64,000 nt of DNA from Dehalococcoidia bacterium (GCA_011170325.1 DUEX01000001.1:373-64372); one strand, 5' to 3'. Positions 10,460-20,258 are shown, counted from the first letter of the stretch. The notes: generated by a model not told the origin, from the sequence alone. A program made the numbers and translations.

Positions 10460-11197
10460 ATGAGAATACGCACAATCATCATTATTGGTGAGACAGAGTT
10501 TAAGACGAAGCTGCAGGAACTTTTTTCAAAGGCTGGCTTCAAGGTCATTATGTCTGATTTGAATCAGGATTACGATAAACAAGCCTCGGAGGCCGATCTA
10601 GTCTTGGAGACCGTCTCCGAAGATATTGTTTTAAAGGAGGAGGTTTTCAAAAGATGTGACGCCAAGTGTCCTGAGCAGGCAATCTTAGCAACGACTACTG
10701 CTAAGCCATGGGTTACACAGATAGCAGAAGTGACTAGAAGACCAGAAAAGGTTGTCGGACTTAACTTCACTAAAAACCCGTTTGATGAGAAATACTTAGT
10801 TCAGATAATTAGAGGATTGCAAACCTCTGACGATACCATCCAAGTTTCGAAGGAGCTATTGGAGCAAGTTGGTGTCACTGCTGTAAAAATTGGGGAGACA
10901 CCTGGCTATATTTTGGATAGGGTAATTGCTTCAGTGGTTAATGAGGCTGCTCTCATGTATACAACAAAGCTTGCAACTGTGGAGGATATCGACAAGATGA
11001 TGAAGATCTGCACGAATTGGCCTATGGGCCCCTTCGAATTCGCCGATACTATAGGAGTGGATAAAGTAGTGGAGATTTTGGAATCTCTATCGCAGCAGCT
11101 TGGTCCTCGATACCTACCTTGCTTTCTGCTCAGGAAGATGGTGAATGCTGGTTGGTTGGGGAAGAAAACCAAGAGAGGATTTTATATATATAGCTAA
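10460..11197 (+). CDS. 3-hydroxyacyl-CoA dehydrogenase-like paralog with degenerate NAD-binding and catalytic motifs
   Basis: Collinear with Hbd, including the C-terminal dimerisation domain (GPFEFADTIGVDKVV, KKTKRGFYIY). The GxGxxG Rossmann motif is replaced by IIIIGETEF. The catalytic His of the HFFNP motif is lost (LNFTKNP). Start taken at the internal ATG (MRIRTIII) that follows an AGGAGG-like RBS. Confidence 0.55.
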   Translation: MRIRTIIIIGETEFKTKLQELFSKAGFKVIMSDLNQDYDKQASEADLVLETVSEDIVLKEEVFKRCDAKCPEQAILATTTAKPWVTQIAEVTRRPEKVVGLNFTKNPFDEKYLVQIIRGLQTSDDTIQVSKELLEQVGVTAVKIGETPGYILDRVIASVVNEAALMYTTKLATVEDIDKMMKICTNWPMGPFEFADTIGVDKVVEILESLSQQLGPRYLPCFLLRKMVNAGWLGKKTKRGFYIYS

Positions 11198-11217
11198 AAA
11201 TTTTTTAGGAGACAAAT

Positions 11218-12003
11218 ATGAAATTTGAAAACATTATCTACAGCAAGGAAAAGGGGATAGCCAGAATTATTATAAACAGACCCGAGAAGAGAAATGCCTT
11301 GAATCAAGCAGTAAGGCTGGAATTACAGCAGGTGCTCAGGGACATTGAAGCGGATGATAGCGTTAGAGTGGCTATTGTCACCGGTGCTGGAGATAAGGCC
11401 TTCATAAGCGGTGCCGATATAACAGAACTCAAAGAAATGACCCCAATAGCTTGTGAAGCACGGGCGTCCACCTTAGGTCAACAGCTTTTCACAGATTTAG
11501 AGAACCTTGGAGTTCCAGTTATAGCCATGATAAACGGGTTTTGTCTTGGCGGTGGTTGCGAGTTAGCCATGTGTTGTGATATAAGGATTGCCTCTGAAAA
11601 CGCCAAACTGGGGCAGCCAGAGATTAACATAGGTATCTTCCCCGGAGCTGGTGGGACACAAAGACTACCGCGGCTCGTTGGCTGGGGAAAAGCCAAGGAA
11701 CTGCTATATACCGGCAGAATGATAGATGCTGCCGAAGCGGAGAGAATTGGTTTAGTAGATAAAGTGGTTCCTCAGGATAAATTAGATTCGACTGTAACCG
11801 AGCTAGCGAAAACTATAGTCAGTAAAAGCCCAATAATCATAAAGTTGCTTAAAAGAGTTATTAATACGGGAATGCATACGAATCTTCCTGATGGATTGAG
11901 CTATGAGAAAAGCACTTTCAGTCTCTGCTTTGCTACTGAAGACCACTCTGAGGGAATGGCAGCCTTTCTGGAAAAGCGGGAGCCAGAGTTTAAAGGTAAA
12001 TAG
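11218..12003 (+). CDS. Enoyl-CoA hydratase (crotonase family)
   Basis: 261-aa crotonase fold with the oxyanion-hole region GFCLGGGCELAMCCDIRIA and the C-terminal EGMAAFLEKREPEFKG. Confidence 0.85.
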   Translation: MKFENIIYSKEKGIARIIINRPEKRNALNQAVRLELQQVLRDIEADDSVRVAIVTGAGDKAFISGADITELKEMTPIACEARASTLGQQLFTDLENLGVPVIAMINGFCLGGGCELAMCCDIRIASENAKLGQPEINIGIFPGAGGTQRLPRLVGWGKAKELLYTGRMIDAAEAERIGLVDKVVPQDKLDSTVTELAKTIVSKSPIIIKLLKRVINTGMHTNLPDGLSYEKSTFSLCFATEDHSEGMAAFLEKREPEFKGK

Positions 12004-12029
12004 AAGTCTATAGATTTGGAGGCAGGAAA

Positions 12030-12893
12030 ATGGAAATCAGAAGGATTGGCGTCTTGGGAGCTGGTACCATGGGGCATGGAATTGCCCAGGTTTGCGCTCA
12101 GTCAGGATATCAAGTTAATTTGCAAGATATTAAGGACGAATTTGTGGAGGCAGGGATTAGCAAGATTCAGAAATTCCTCGACGGTAGCGTTGAGCGCAAG
12201 AGGATGACCCAAGATGAAGCGGACCTTACGTCGAGTCGGATTAAAGGTACAACTGATTTAAGAGAAGCAGCCAAGGATGTTGACTTAGTGATCGAAGCCA
12301 TAGTTGAAGACATTAATATAAAGAAGGATGTCTTTAAAGAGCTAGACCAGATATGCCCTGAGGATGCTATATTTGCTTCCAATACCTCAGCTCAATCTAT
12401 CACTGAGATGGCAATGGTGACTAAGCACCCAGACAGGTTCATCGGCATGCATTGGTTCAACCCTCCTCAGCTTATGCGAGGGATAGAAGTCATTGTCACT
12501 GATAAGACCTCACAGGAAACACTGGACACCATGGTAAATCTATGCAAGAAGCTGGGCAAAGAGCCCGGGATATGCAAAGACTCACCGGGATTTATTGTCA
12601 ACAGGCTTCTCCAAATTTGGTACAACGAAAGCCTAAACATGTTCGATGAAGGTGTAGCTGACCCGCAGGACATAGACACCGCCTTAAAGGTGGCTTACAA
12701 TTTCAGGATGGGTCCTTTCGAATTGCGTGACCTGGTAGGTCTTGACGTTGCTTTAGTTGTTAGTGAAACGCACTACCGAGAGTTAATGAGGGAACAATTC
12801 AAACCACCACGATGTCTAGTGATGAAGGTTAAAGCCGGAGACCTGGGAAGGAAAACCGGGCGAGGTTTTTATGAATATGAGTCCAAAACTTAG
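12030..12893 (+). CDS. hbd: 3-hydroxybutyryl-CoA dehydrogenase
   Basis: Intact NAD-binding motif IGVLGAGTMGHGIA, catalytic HWFNPP region, and a C-terminal domain ending KTGRGFYEY. Confidence 0.85.
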   Translation: MEIRRIGVLGAGTMGHGIAQVCAQSGYQVNLQDIKDEFVEAGISKIQKFLDGSVERKRMTQDEADLTSSRIKGTTDLREAAKDVDLVIEAIVEDINIKKDVFKELDQICPEDAIFASNTSAQSITEMAMVTKHPDRFIGMHWFNPPQLMRGIEVIVTDKTSQETLDTMVNLCKKLGKEPGICKDSPGFIVNRLLQIWYNESLNMFDEGVADPQDIDTALKVAYNFRMGPFELRDLVGLDVALVVSETHYRELMREQFKPPRCLVMKVKAGDLGRKTGRGFYEYESKT

Positions 12894-13094
12894 ACTGAAT
12901 GAAGGGTTATCCATCAGCGATATGTTGTCTTTGACAAATTCGAGCATGCTTGAAGCTAGCTATGATGGTTTTGGACACAATCCAGAATGTTGGGCATAAT
13001 AACGAACTTCAGCTGATATTCAAAGAGTAGTCATGGTGCCCAATTTTACGGGTAGGGAATATCTCGCCCATACATAAGGGGGTAGAGAATAGCT

Positions 13095-14750
13095 ATGCCA
13101 AGCAGGAGCAAGCAAGAATGGCAGGAAACTACTTTAGCTTCAACGTTGAAGCGCTTTCCTGAAAGACAGGAAATTTTCGAAACTACTTCAGATATTCAGA
13201 TTGACACAGTCTACACCCCTGATGATTTAGATGGTTTCGACTATAACGCATCCCTGGGTTATCCTGGCGAATACCCATTTACCCGCAGTATCCAACCAAC
13301 AATGTATCGGGGCAGGATATGGACAATGCGACAATACGCTGGCTATGGTACAGCCGAAGAATCCAATCGCCGCTATCGTTACCTCTTGGAACAGGGGCAG
13401 ACCGGCTTAAGTGTTGCTTTCGATTTGCCAACTCAGATAGGTTATGATTCCAATCACCCATTAGCTCAGGGGGAAGTTGGCAAGGTTGGGGTGGCCATAG
13501 ATAGCCTTCAGGACATGGAAATCTTGTTTAAAGATATACCTTTAGACAAGATAAGTACCTCAATGACCATTAATGCCACCGCCTCTATCCTTCTTGCTAT
13601 GTATATTGCTGTAGCCAAGAAACAGGGAGTTGACCCGGCTAAACTAGACGGGACAACACAGAATGATATCCTGAAAGAATATATTGCTCGAGGGACTTAC
13701 ATTTTCCCACCTCGTTCCTCGATGCGCCTGACCGCGGATATTTTCGCCTATTGCAGCCAGTGCCTTCCCCAGTGGAATACTATCAGCATAGGTGGTTATC
13801 ACATTAGAGAGGCTGGTGCCACTGCCGCTCAGGAAATTGCCTTTGCCTTAGCCAATGGCATTGCCTATGTTGAAGCTGCTATCAATGCTGGACTAGAGGT
13901 AGATGCCTTTGCTGGTAGACTTTCGTGGATCTTTCAGACTCATAACAACTTCTTTGAGGAGATTGCCAAGCTTAGGGCAATCCGCAGAATGTGGGCTAGG
14001 ATAATGAAACAGAAATTCAAGGCTAAAGACCCGCGCAGTTGGATGCTCCGTACCCATGTTCAGACTGGGGGGTCAACATTAACAGCCCAGCAACCCATGA
14101 ATAATATGGTCAGAGCTACCATTCAGGCGCTAGCTGCCGTCCTGGGTGGGACGCAATCTCTGGCCGTTTCCTGCTATGATGAAGCCATTTGCCTTCCTAC
14201 AGAGGAGGCAGTACAAATGGCCCTGCGCATCCAGCAGATTCTAGCGTATGAAAACGGCGTTGCTGATGTTGTCGACCCTGTTGGCGGTTCCTACTTTGTA
14301 GAGAATCTTACTGATGCTTTGGAAAGGGAAGCAAATCAGTATATTGCTAAAATCGATAGTCTTGGTGGCGCTGTAGCCGCTATTGAGCAAGGGTTCCAGC
14401 AAAGCGAAATTCAGGAAAGCTCCTACCGCTATCAAAAGGAGGTCGAGGAAGGCAAAAAGACCATAGTCGGTGTTAACAGGTTTATTTCCACATATCCCAA
14501 GATGTCGGGATTACTCCGGGTTGACGCAGAGCAGGAAAGAAAACAGATAGAGCGTCTGGCTCAGGTTAAGAAACACAGAGATAATTCGAAGGTGAGTCAG
14601 ACGCTTAAGAGACTGGACGAGGTAGCCCGTAGCAGCGATAATACCATGCCGGCCTTTATTGGATGTGTAGAGGCTTATGCCACTTTAGGAGAGATATGCG
14701 ATGTGCTTCGCCGTGCCTTCGGTAGCCAAAAGGAATACTTGGTATTTTAA
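13095..14750 (+). CDS. Methylmalonyl-CoA mutase-type acyl-CoA mutase, large catalytic subunit (split type, no B12-binding domain)
   Basis: 551-aa TIM-barrel substrate domain with [30 protein letters not shown], matching the MCM signature and retaining the Tyr of the MCM TMY motif. There is no C-terminal DxHxxG B12 domain. Confidence 0.8.
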   Translation: MPSRSKQEWQETTLASTLKRFPERQEIFETTSDIQIDTVYTPDDLDGFDYNASLGYPGEYPFTRSIQPTMYRGRIWTMRQYAGYGTAEESNRRYRYLLEQGQTGLSVAFDLPTQIGYDSNHPLAQGEVGKVGVAIDSLQDMEILFKDIPLDKISTSMTINATASILLAMYIAVAKKQGVDPAKLDGTTQNDILKEYIARGTYIFPPRSSMRLTADIFAYCSQCLPQWNTISIGGYHIREAGATAAQEIAFALANGIAYVEAAINAGLEVDAFAGRLSWIFQTHNNFFEEIAKLRAIRRMWARIMKQKFKAKDPRSWMLRTHVQTGGSTLTAQQPMNNMVRATIQALAAVLGGTQSLAVSCYDEAICLPTEEAVQMALRIQQILAYENGVADVVDPVGGSYFVENLTDALEREANQYIAKIDSLGGAVAAIEQGFQQSEIQESSYRYQKEVEEGKKTIVGVNRFISTYPKMSGLLRVDAEQERKQIERLAQVKKHRDNSKVSQTLKRLDEVARSSDNTMPAFIGCVEAYATLGEICDVLRRAFGSQKEYLVF

Positions 14751-14811
14751 CGCTCGCTTGGGGCCGGCAAACAACTATACACCAAATTCAATTAGGAATT
14801 AGGGGCTTAAC

Positions 14812-15279
14812 CTAGGTTTTTGCATATCCACCTTCGGGTTTTCTCTTTACAAGGTGGGTTGTCTCCGTTTCAGCGACTGCCTCTTCCTTCTGGTTTTTGC
14901 AAACGCTCCGGTGAACTACGATTCCCCTGTTAGGATTCTTGGTTTCCCTCTTTTCAATCACTTCCCCGTAAACCTTCAGGGTATCCCCGGCTCTTACCGG
15001 GCTTGTTATCCTTACCTTGTCTATCCCAACAAGGGCAACCATAGTTTCCTCATCCCAGAATCCACACTGCTCCTCAAGACCCCCCATGAAGAGGAGGATT
15101 ATCCTTCCCGGGGCAATCCGTGTTCCAAAGGCAGTCTTTTTAGCCTCCTCTTCGTCCCAGAATAAAGGTAAGGTGAAGCCGGCAAGTCCGGCTATTATGT
15201 TTATCGCCCCTTCACCTATAGTCCTGCCCGGTGTTACAAATTCTTCTCCTGCTTCGTAGTCTTCCCAGTATCTGGACAC
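14812..15279 (-). CDS. MaoC-like (R)-specific enoyl-CoA hydratase, hotdog fold
   Basis: 155-aa single hotdog-domain protein with MaoC dehydratase-like sequence features. Confidence 0.65.
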   Translation of the reverse strand: MSRYWEDYEAGEEFVTPGRTIGEGAINIIAGLAGFTLPLFWDEEEAKKTAFGTRIAPGRIILLFMGGLEEQCGFWDEETMVALVGIDKVRITSPVRAGDTLKVYGEVIEKRETKNPNRGIVVHRSVCKNQKEEAVAETETTHLVKRKPEGGYAKT

Positions 15280-15481
15280 TTTTCACCTCCTCTAAACAGA
15301 ATCTCTTTGCTGAGCTTGCCAATGTACATCCAATAATCCCTGCACGTGGCCAAAGAAAAAACGCCGAATGCTATTTAGTAGGACAATGCCACTTCGTCAA
15401 CTTCCATCTTGACTTAGATTCACCACACATCGCATCTAAAAAGAAAACTGGTACTTCGCGCTGAATCCTAGAAGTCACTAA

Positions 15482-17050
15482 TCACATCGCCATTAGTTTT
15501 TTCGCTCTTTCACGCTCTTTGAGTTCTCTTCTCTTGATTTTCCCATCCGGAGTTTCGGGGACCTCTTTAACAAACTCTATCTCCTTAGGATACTCGTGCA
15601 TGCTCAACCTCGTCTTAACAAACTCCTGTATGTCCAGTTTTAGCTCTTCGCTTGGCTCACGATTGGCTACAATAAAGGCCTTGACTATCTCCCCGCGCTC
15701 TTTATGAGGACTGCCCACCACTGCAGCCCTCTCAATCGCGGGATGCTTCTCAAGGACACTTTCTATCTCAAAAGGCCCGATTCTGAACCCTGATGATTTT
15801 ATGACATCATCGCTTCTACCTTTAGGCCAAAAGTAGCCGTCCTCATCGAAGTAACCGAAGTCGCCCAGCGGACTCCACCTACCTTTACGCCACACTGCTA
15901 CCTCTCCTATCTCTCCCGGAGGTAACTCTCTCCTATTCTCATCCAAGGCGACCAACCTGGTTCCCAGCATCGGTCTGCCTGCACTACCCAGTTTAGGCTT
16001 ATAATCATCAAATGCATAGTCGATAACGATCGGACCTGCCTCAGTATTGCCATAGTTAGAGTGTATATAGAGGCCGAGTTTATCCAGAAAGTATTGAGTC
16101 ACTTCCCTGTCCATTGCTGAGCCAGTGTAACTTAGGTGCCTGAGTTTGAGGCTGTAATTATCTAACTTGCCACAGTCCATAATCATGCGATAGACCCTGG
16201 GAATAGCAGATACATTTGTGATTTCAAACTCTTCAAGCCCCTCAAGGAAGATCTCGGGGATAAACTTACCGCTATAGGCACCTATACCATTCCCAAATAT
16301 CATCGGGCCTATATTACCATACCAGATCCCATGACCCCACGCTGGAGATGAAGTGCACATGTATTTGTCATCATCACGAAGACCAATCCAGAATTTTGTA
16401 TAAACAGCGGTAACAGAGATAGCCGCATGATTATATAAAACTTGCTTGGGCAAACCCGTGGTGCCGCTGGAGAACTGCATCACAGCAAGGGTATCAGCAG
16501 AGGTACTAGATTTGTAATGCTCGTCTTCGCTTTGAATCAACTCTCGCAACTCCTCAGCAGCGATCAGATGTGACACCAGGTCAGGACTTACCAGGTCTGC
16601 TCTTTCTCTATTTATTATCGCCATTTTGGAATTAGATTCACGAAGTCGATACTCAAGGCCCTCTGGACCAAGAAGGGAATAACAAGGCACCGCTACAGCA
16701 CCCCTCTTTAGTACACCAAAGAAGCTCACGTAATACTCCACTGAGGGATTCAATATCATAGCCACGCGGTCTCCTGCATCTACCCCAAGCCTTTCCAACA
16801 TATTAGCAAATTGAGACGTCAAACGAGAGAGTCCCCCGAAGGTGTAGACTTCTCGCCTTCCATCATCAAATTTTAACCTGATTGCTGTTTTCTCTTCAGA
16901 GTGGCGATCTATGCACTCATAAGTTATGTTCAGATTTTCCTGACTCTCGTCAAACACTTCCCACCTTTCGCTCCATGTGAAACTTTCCTTAGCTTCCTCA
17001 TACGTCTTATATTGCAACTTCATGCTATCCCCCAATGATTTAACGTTCAA
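15482..17050 (-). CDS. AMP-forming acyl-CoA synthetase / ligase
   Basis: 522 aa with AMP-binding motifs (SSGTTGLPKQV, YGNTEAG, GDFGYFDEDGYFWPKGRSDDVIKSSG) and the C-terminal PKTPDGKIKRREL. Confidence 0.8.
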   Translation of the reverse strand: MNVKSLGDSMKLQYKTYEEAKESFTWSERWEVFDESQENLNITYECIDRHSEEKTAIRLKFDDGRREVYTFGGLSRLTSQFANMLERLGVDAGDRVAMILNPSVEYYVSFFGVLKRGAVAVPCYSLLGPEGLEYRLRESNSKMAIINRERADLVSPDLVSHLIAAEELRELIQSEDEHYKSSTSADTLAVMQFSSGTTGLPKQVLYNHAAISVTAVYTKFWIGLRDDDKYMCTSSPAWGHGIWYGNIGPMIFGNGIGAYSGKFIPEIFLEGLEEFEITNVSAIPRVYRMIMDCGKLDNYSLKLRHLSYTGSAMDREVTQYFLDKLGLYIHSNYGNTEAGPIVIDYAFDDYKPKLGSAGRPMLGTRLVALDENRRELPPGEIGEVAVWRKGRWSPLGDFGYFDEDGYFWPKGRSDDVIKSSGFRIGPFEIESVLEKHPAIERAAVVGSPHKERGEIVKAFIVANREPSEELKLDIQEFVKTRLSMHEYPKEIEFVKEVPETPDGKIKRRELKERERAKKLMAM

Positions 17051-17070
17051 ACATCTTCCAGTTTTTGTGC

Positions 17071-18300
17071 TTAAAAATAGACCCCTTTACCTGTGCCGCG
17101 AAATTCCTTCTCCGGCAGCCTCTTTTCCACAGGCCAGGTTCCTTTCTCTCTCGATGGAAGAACTACCGTGGAACGACCTGGTATGGTATCCTCTCCTCTT
17201 TGATTTATCCCATGAGTTTCGATATCTACACAATAATCCCCATTCTCACCAACATACTTCTTGATGACTTTACCACGAAACCATACCACATCCGAGTGAT
17301 ACACGAACTGGCGGTATTGAGCATTGCATGATTTTAGCCAACCTTCGTCACCCATCCAGTTAGTAAGCAGATTAACCAACCAGCAATGCCTCTGGACCCC
17401 TACGTCATAAGCATAGCGAGCACCGACGCCTCTGGCGGCTGCAACGGAGTAATGCACTCCATAGACTGGTTCCCAGGCATGACTCACTGGATCATGAAAG
17501 CCCCAGGCAGGATGCTTTTTATATAGGCGAAGCTGAACGCCATGAGCTGCAAGCTGCACTGGAGCTGCTCCAACACAGAAGGCAACTATATCTGTCATCC
17601 CAAGCGGACCCTTCACCACTGGCTTTAGCTCATCATCAACATTCACATCTTCCCAATATCTTACTCTGGAACCACTTATCTCCTCACCTAGCACATCCTC
17701 ATCTACCCTAGCGAGTTCCTCCTCAGTCCAGGGATGAGGCACCTGAATATGGTCATATTTCCCCTCCCCCTCCTCTGACCTACTCCTTGCCACCTGCCTC
17801 TCATACCTCACAAGCAGATTATATCCCCGGCTGACCAGTTCACCCCGCTGATTCCAGTATTCAAACCTTTGATATTCAAAAGCTGTCTTACCAGCGAACT
17901 TACTGGTTTTCACATCATAGCCGACAAAATAGCACTTAGGGATAATTTTGTCGTTAACGTATACTGGCTTGAGGAACTCCCAATCTGAAGCTGAGTGGTC
18001 TGCATGAATTCCCGGCAGCCCTTGCAACACCCAATGTGGGAAAACGCTAGCTGTCCAGGCAGGAGAGGCTACTAGCGCCTCATACCTGGTCTTCCTGGCA
18101 TATTCTTCATCTCGATATAATGGATTTACATCACCTATACCATTGGAGAAATTCCTTATCGCCTCATATGAGACCGTTTGGTTGAAAACACTCCCAACCC
18201 GCAATTCAAGCCCAAGCCTTTTCTGCCAGTCGGTTAACGCATCATTGTCGAGAACACCCTCAGCCACCTGGGCAACCTTTGCCTCCGATTCTTCTGCCAT
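17071..18300 (-). CDS. Double hotdog-fold MaoC-like acyl-CoA hydratase/dehydratase
   Basis: 409 aa. The N-terminal half carries a hydratase-2-like motif (GIGDVNPLYRDEEYA). Two hotdog-like halves, similar in organisation to mesaconyl-CoA / 2-enoyl-CoA hydratases. Confidence 0.55.
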   Translation of the reverse strand: MAEESEAKVAQVAEGVLDNDALTDWQKRLGLELRVGSVFNQTVSYEAIRNFSNGIGDVNPLYRDEEYARKTRYEALVASPAWTASVFPHWVLQGLPGIHADHSASDWEFLKPVYVNDKIIPKCYFVGYDVKTSKFAGKTAFEYQRFEYWNQRGELVSRGYNLLVRYERQVARSRSEEGEGKYDHIQVPHPWTEEELARVDEDVLGEEISGSRVRYWEDVNVDDELKPVVKGPLGMTDIVAFCVGAAPVQLAAHGVQLRLYKKHPAWGFHDPVSHAWEPVYGVHYSVAAARGVGARYAYDVGVQRHCWLVNLLTNWMGDEGWLKSCNAQYRQFVYHSDVVWFRGKVIKKYVGENGDYCVDIETHGINQRGEDTIPGRSTVVLPSREKGTWPVEKRLPEKEFRGTGKGVYF

Positions 18301-18320
18301 GTCAGCCTCCTTCTGAGAAT

Positions 18321-18512
18321 TTAAAATGTGCGTATATCAGGAAGGAAATCCCCTTCCTCCTCGAGGTAAGCAGCCAGCACCTTACCACACTTGGAGCATC
18401 TTCTCTCTACTATATCCCCATAATCATTTTTGGAGTGACTCACCCCAGGCACTACCATTTGGCCACACCACGGACACTTCACCTCTTTTTGCATGCTCTT
18501 AGTTACCTCCAT
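18321..18512 (-). CDS. Small zinc-ribbon protein (CxxC...CxxC)
   Basis: 63 aa with the pattern CPWCGQ...CSKCGK. Starts 20 nt upstream of the hydratase gene on the same strand. Confidence 0.4.
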   Translation of the reverse strand: MEVTKSMQKEVKCPWCGQMVVPGVSHSKNDYGDIVERRCSKCGKVLAAYLEEEGDFLPDIRTF

Positions 18513-18860
18513 TTGCTAGAAGGGCCTTAGAATAAGCCGATTGCTCATTTCCATGGATTTTTGCAATGGTCAAACATCGGTTGGCCGTCCAAATTTTACC
18601 GAACTGCTGAGGGCAAAGCAAGGAGAAATAGCACCTCACACTTCTACACCTTTCCTTCAGAAAGATAACTCAGCCACTGTATAACGGCCTTAGTCCTTTT
18701 CCTCTTCAGTTTACTACAAGCCTGACTACCTTTTCCCCATTGCCCCCGGCTTTCGGGATTTGTAACTCGGGTGCAAGGCTTGAACTTTCTAATTTCATTC
18801 AGCATCCTGCTTGACAGCAAACGCCTACTGGCTTATCCTTGTGACAAGAAAGGAGCCCAA

Positions 18861-19658
18861 ATGGAATATTCTACAATCATTCTGGACAAAGCTGAAGGAA
18901 TTGCTACTCTCACCCTCAATCGCCCAGACAAACTTAATGCTCTTGATGAGACAATGGCCGGTGAATTGCTTGATGCATTTACCCGGGTCGAGCAGGACAA
19001 TGATATAAGGGTATTGATTATTACCGGCAACGGTCGTGCCTTTTGTGCCGGAGCTGACATCAAGGATATTTTCCTGAAAAGGATAGAGGAAAGGAAAATC
19101 GGCAAAGAAGGCTATGATATTGCTGGCTGGCTAACTAAAGCTTGTTCGCAGCTTAGAAAAATGACAAGACCAACGATTGCCTCGATAAATGGTCATGCTG
19201 TCGGTGCCGGCATAACACTTCCCCTGGAGTGCGATATAAGAATTGCTTCGGAAGAGGCAAGAATATCATTGCCTTTTCCTCAAGTTGGTGTGACCCCGGA
19301 GTGCGGTTCTACTTACTCCCTGCCACGTCTAGTAGGAATAGCCAAGGCTTGCGAATTAGTCTTTGCTGGCAAGACTATCGGGGCTAAAGAAGCCAAAGAG
19401 ATAGGGCTGGTTAATCAGGTTGTGCCAGCGGCTGAATTAAAGACAGCCACTTATGAATTGGCGAAAACTATAGCTGAAGGAGCGCCTTTAGCTATTCAAA
19501 TGGCTAAGAAGGGGCTTTACCAAGGACTGAATGCAAACCTTGAAGATCAATTACAGTATGAGGAGCAGTCGCTAAACGCCACTCTTGACACTGAAGACCA
19601 TGAAGAGGGGCTAAGAGCCTTCTTAGAGAAAAGGCAACCGGTTTTCAAGGGCAAATAA
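18861..19658 (+). CDS. Enoyl-CoA hydratase (crotonase family)
   Basis: Internal Met after the RBS AAAGGAGCCCAAATG. Protein begins MEYSTIILDKAEGIATLTLNRPDKLNALDE, includes GHAVGAGITLPLECDIRIA and ends EGLRAFLEKRQPVFKG. Confidence 0.8.
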   Translation: MEYSTIILDKAEGIATLTLNRPDKLNALDETMAGELLDAFTRVEQDNDIRVLIITGNGRAFCAGADIKDIFLKRIEERKIGKEGYDIAGWLTKACSQLRKMTRPTIASINGHAVGAGITLPLECDIRIASEEARISLPFPQVGVTPECGSTYSLPRLVGIAKACELVFAGKTIGAKEAKEIGLVNQVVPAAELKTATYELAKTIAEGAPLAIQMAKKGLYQGLNANLEDQLQYEEQSLNATLDTEDHEEGLRAFLEKRQPVFKGK

Positions 19659-19662
19659 TATT

Positions 19663-19704
19663 GCGGGGCTAACTCAGTGGTAGAGTTCCTGCCTTCCAAG
19701 CAGG
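19663..19704 (+). pseudogene. Truncated tRNA-Gly(TCC) 5' fragment (acceptor 5' strand, D arm and anticodon arm only)
   Basis: 42 nt GCGGGGCTAACTCAGTGGTAGAGTTCCTGCCTTCCAAGCAGG matches 40 of the first 42 nt of the intact tRNA-Gly at 34148. No T-arm or acceptor 3' strand follows. Confidence 0.6.
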
Positions 19705-20085
19705 CATTTCCTCACCAAAGCTAGCGGCCACTGATTCAGCTTCAAAATTGGTGCGCCGAGGCAGGCACCAGCCATTTCTCACCCTCGGTTTGCTTTTATT
19801 CATTCTATCTGTTGATGCACTCACTTCTGTCCTCCTGGCTGTGTTTTTGTCCCCTTGAGTCGTTTCCATACCCTCTACTAGTCATTCCAGCTCTTCTACA
19901 ACGGATAAGGTAGCATTAGCTAAAACCGATGTTAATGATCAGCGGTCCGTATGCCAAGTATTATTATGTAAACCAACATTTTTCTTGTTGAAGACCATTG
20001 CAGCCAATGGAATCCAAGGAGCCCATGTCTTAAGCGGCAGCCTAGCCCCTTCTTGAACAACTATCCCAAAATGGAAGCGAGACCT

Positions 20086-20122
20086 GGCCAGCCAAAAGCT
20101 AGCTGCTAGCTTTTGGCTGGCC
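20086..20122. repeat. Perfect 18-bp-stem inverted repeat (GGCCAGCCAAAAGCTAGC t GCTAGCTTTTGGCTGGCC)
   Basis: Read directly from the sequence. Lies about 140 nt upstream of the IS110 transposase start. Confidence 0.6.
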
Positions 20123-20258
20123 GTCGGGGGCAAAACTTCAACCGCCTTTATATCTCTGAGGAAACAATACAGGTATCATGAAAGGGTAATGCACCTCCTG
20201 AGTCTATGGTGTAAAGTCAGGTTTGGAAGAACCCGAATATACCATAAGGAGGTGCTAA

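Noticed and set aside
14854-15464. Forward-strand ORFs of 77-103 aa overlapping maoC
   Set aside because: They are antisense to the MaoC hotdog gene, with low-complexity translations.
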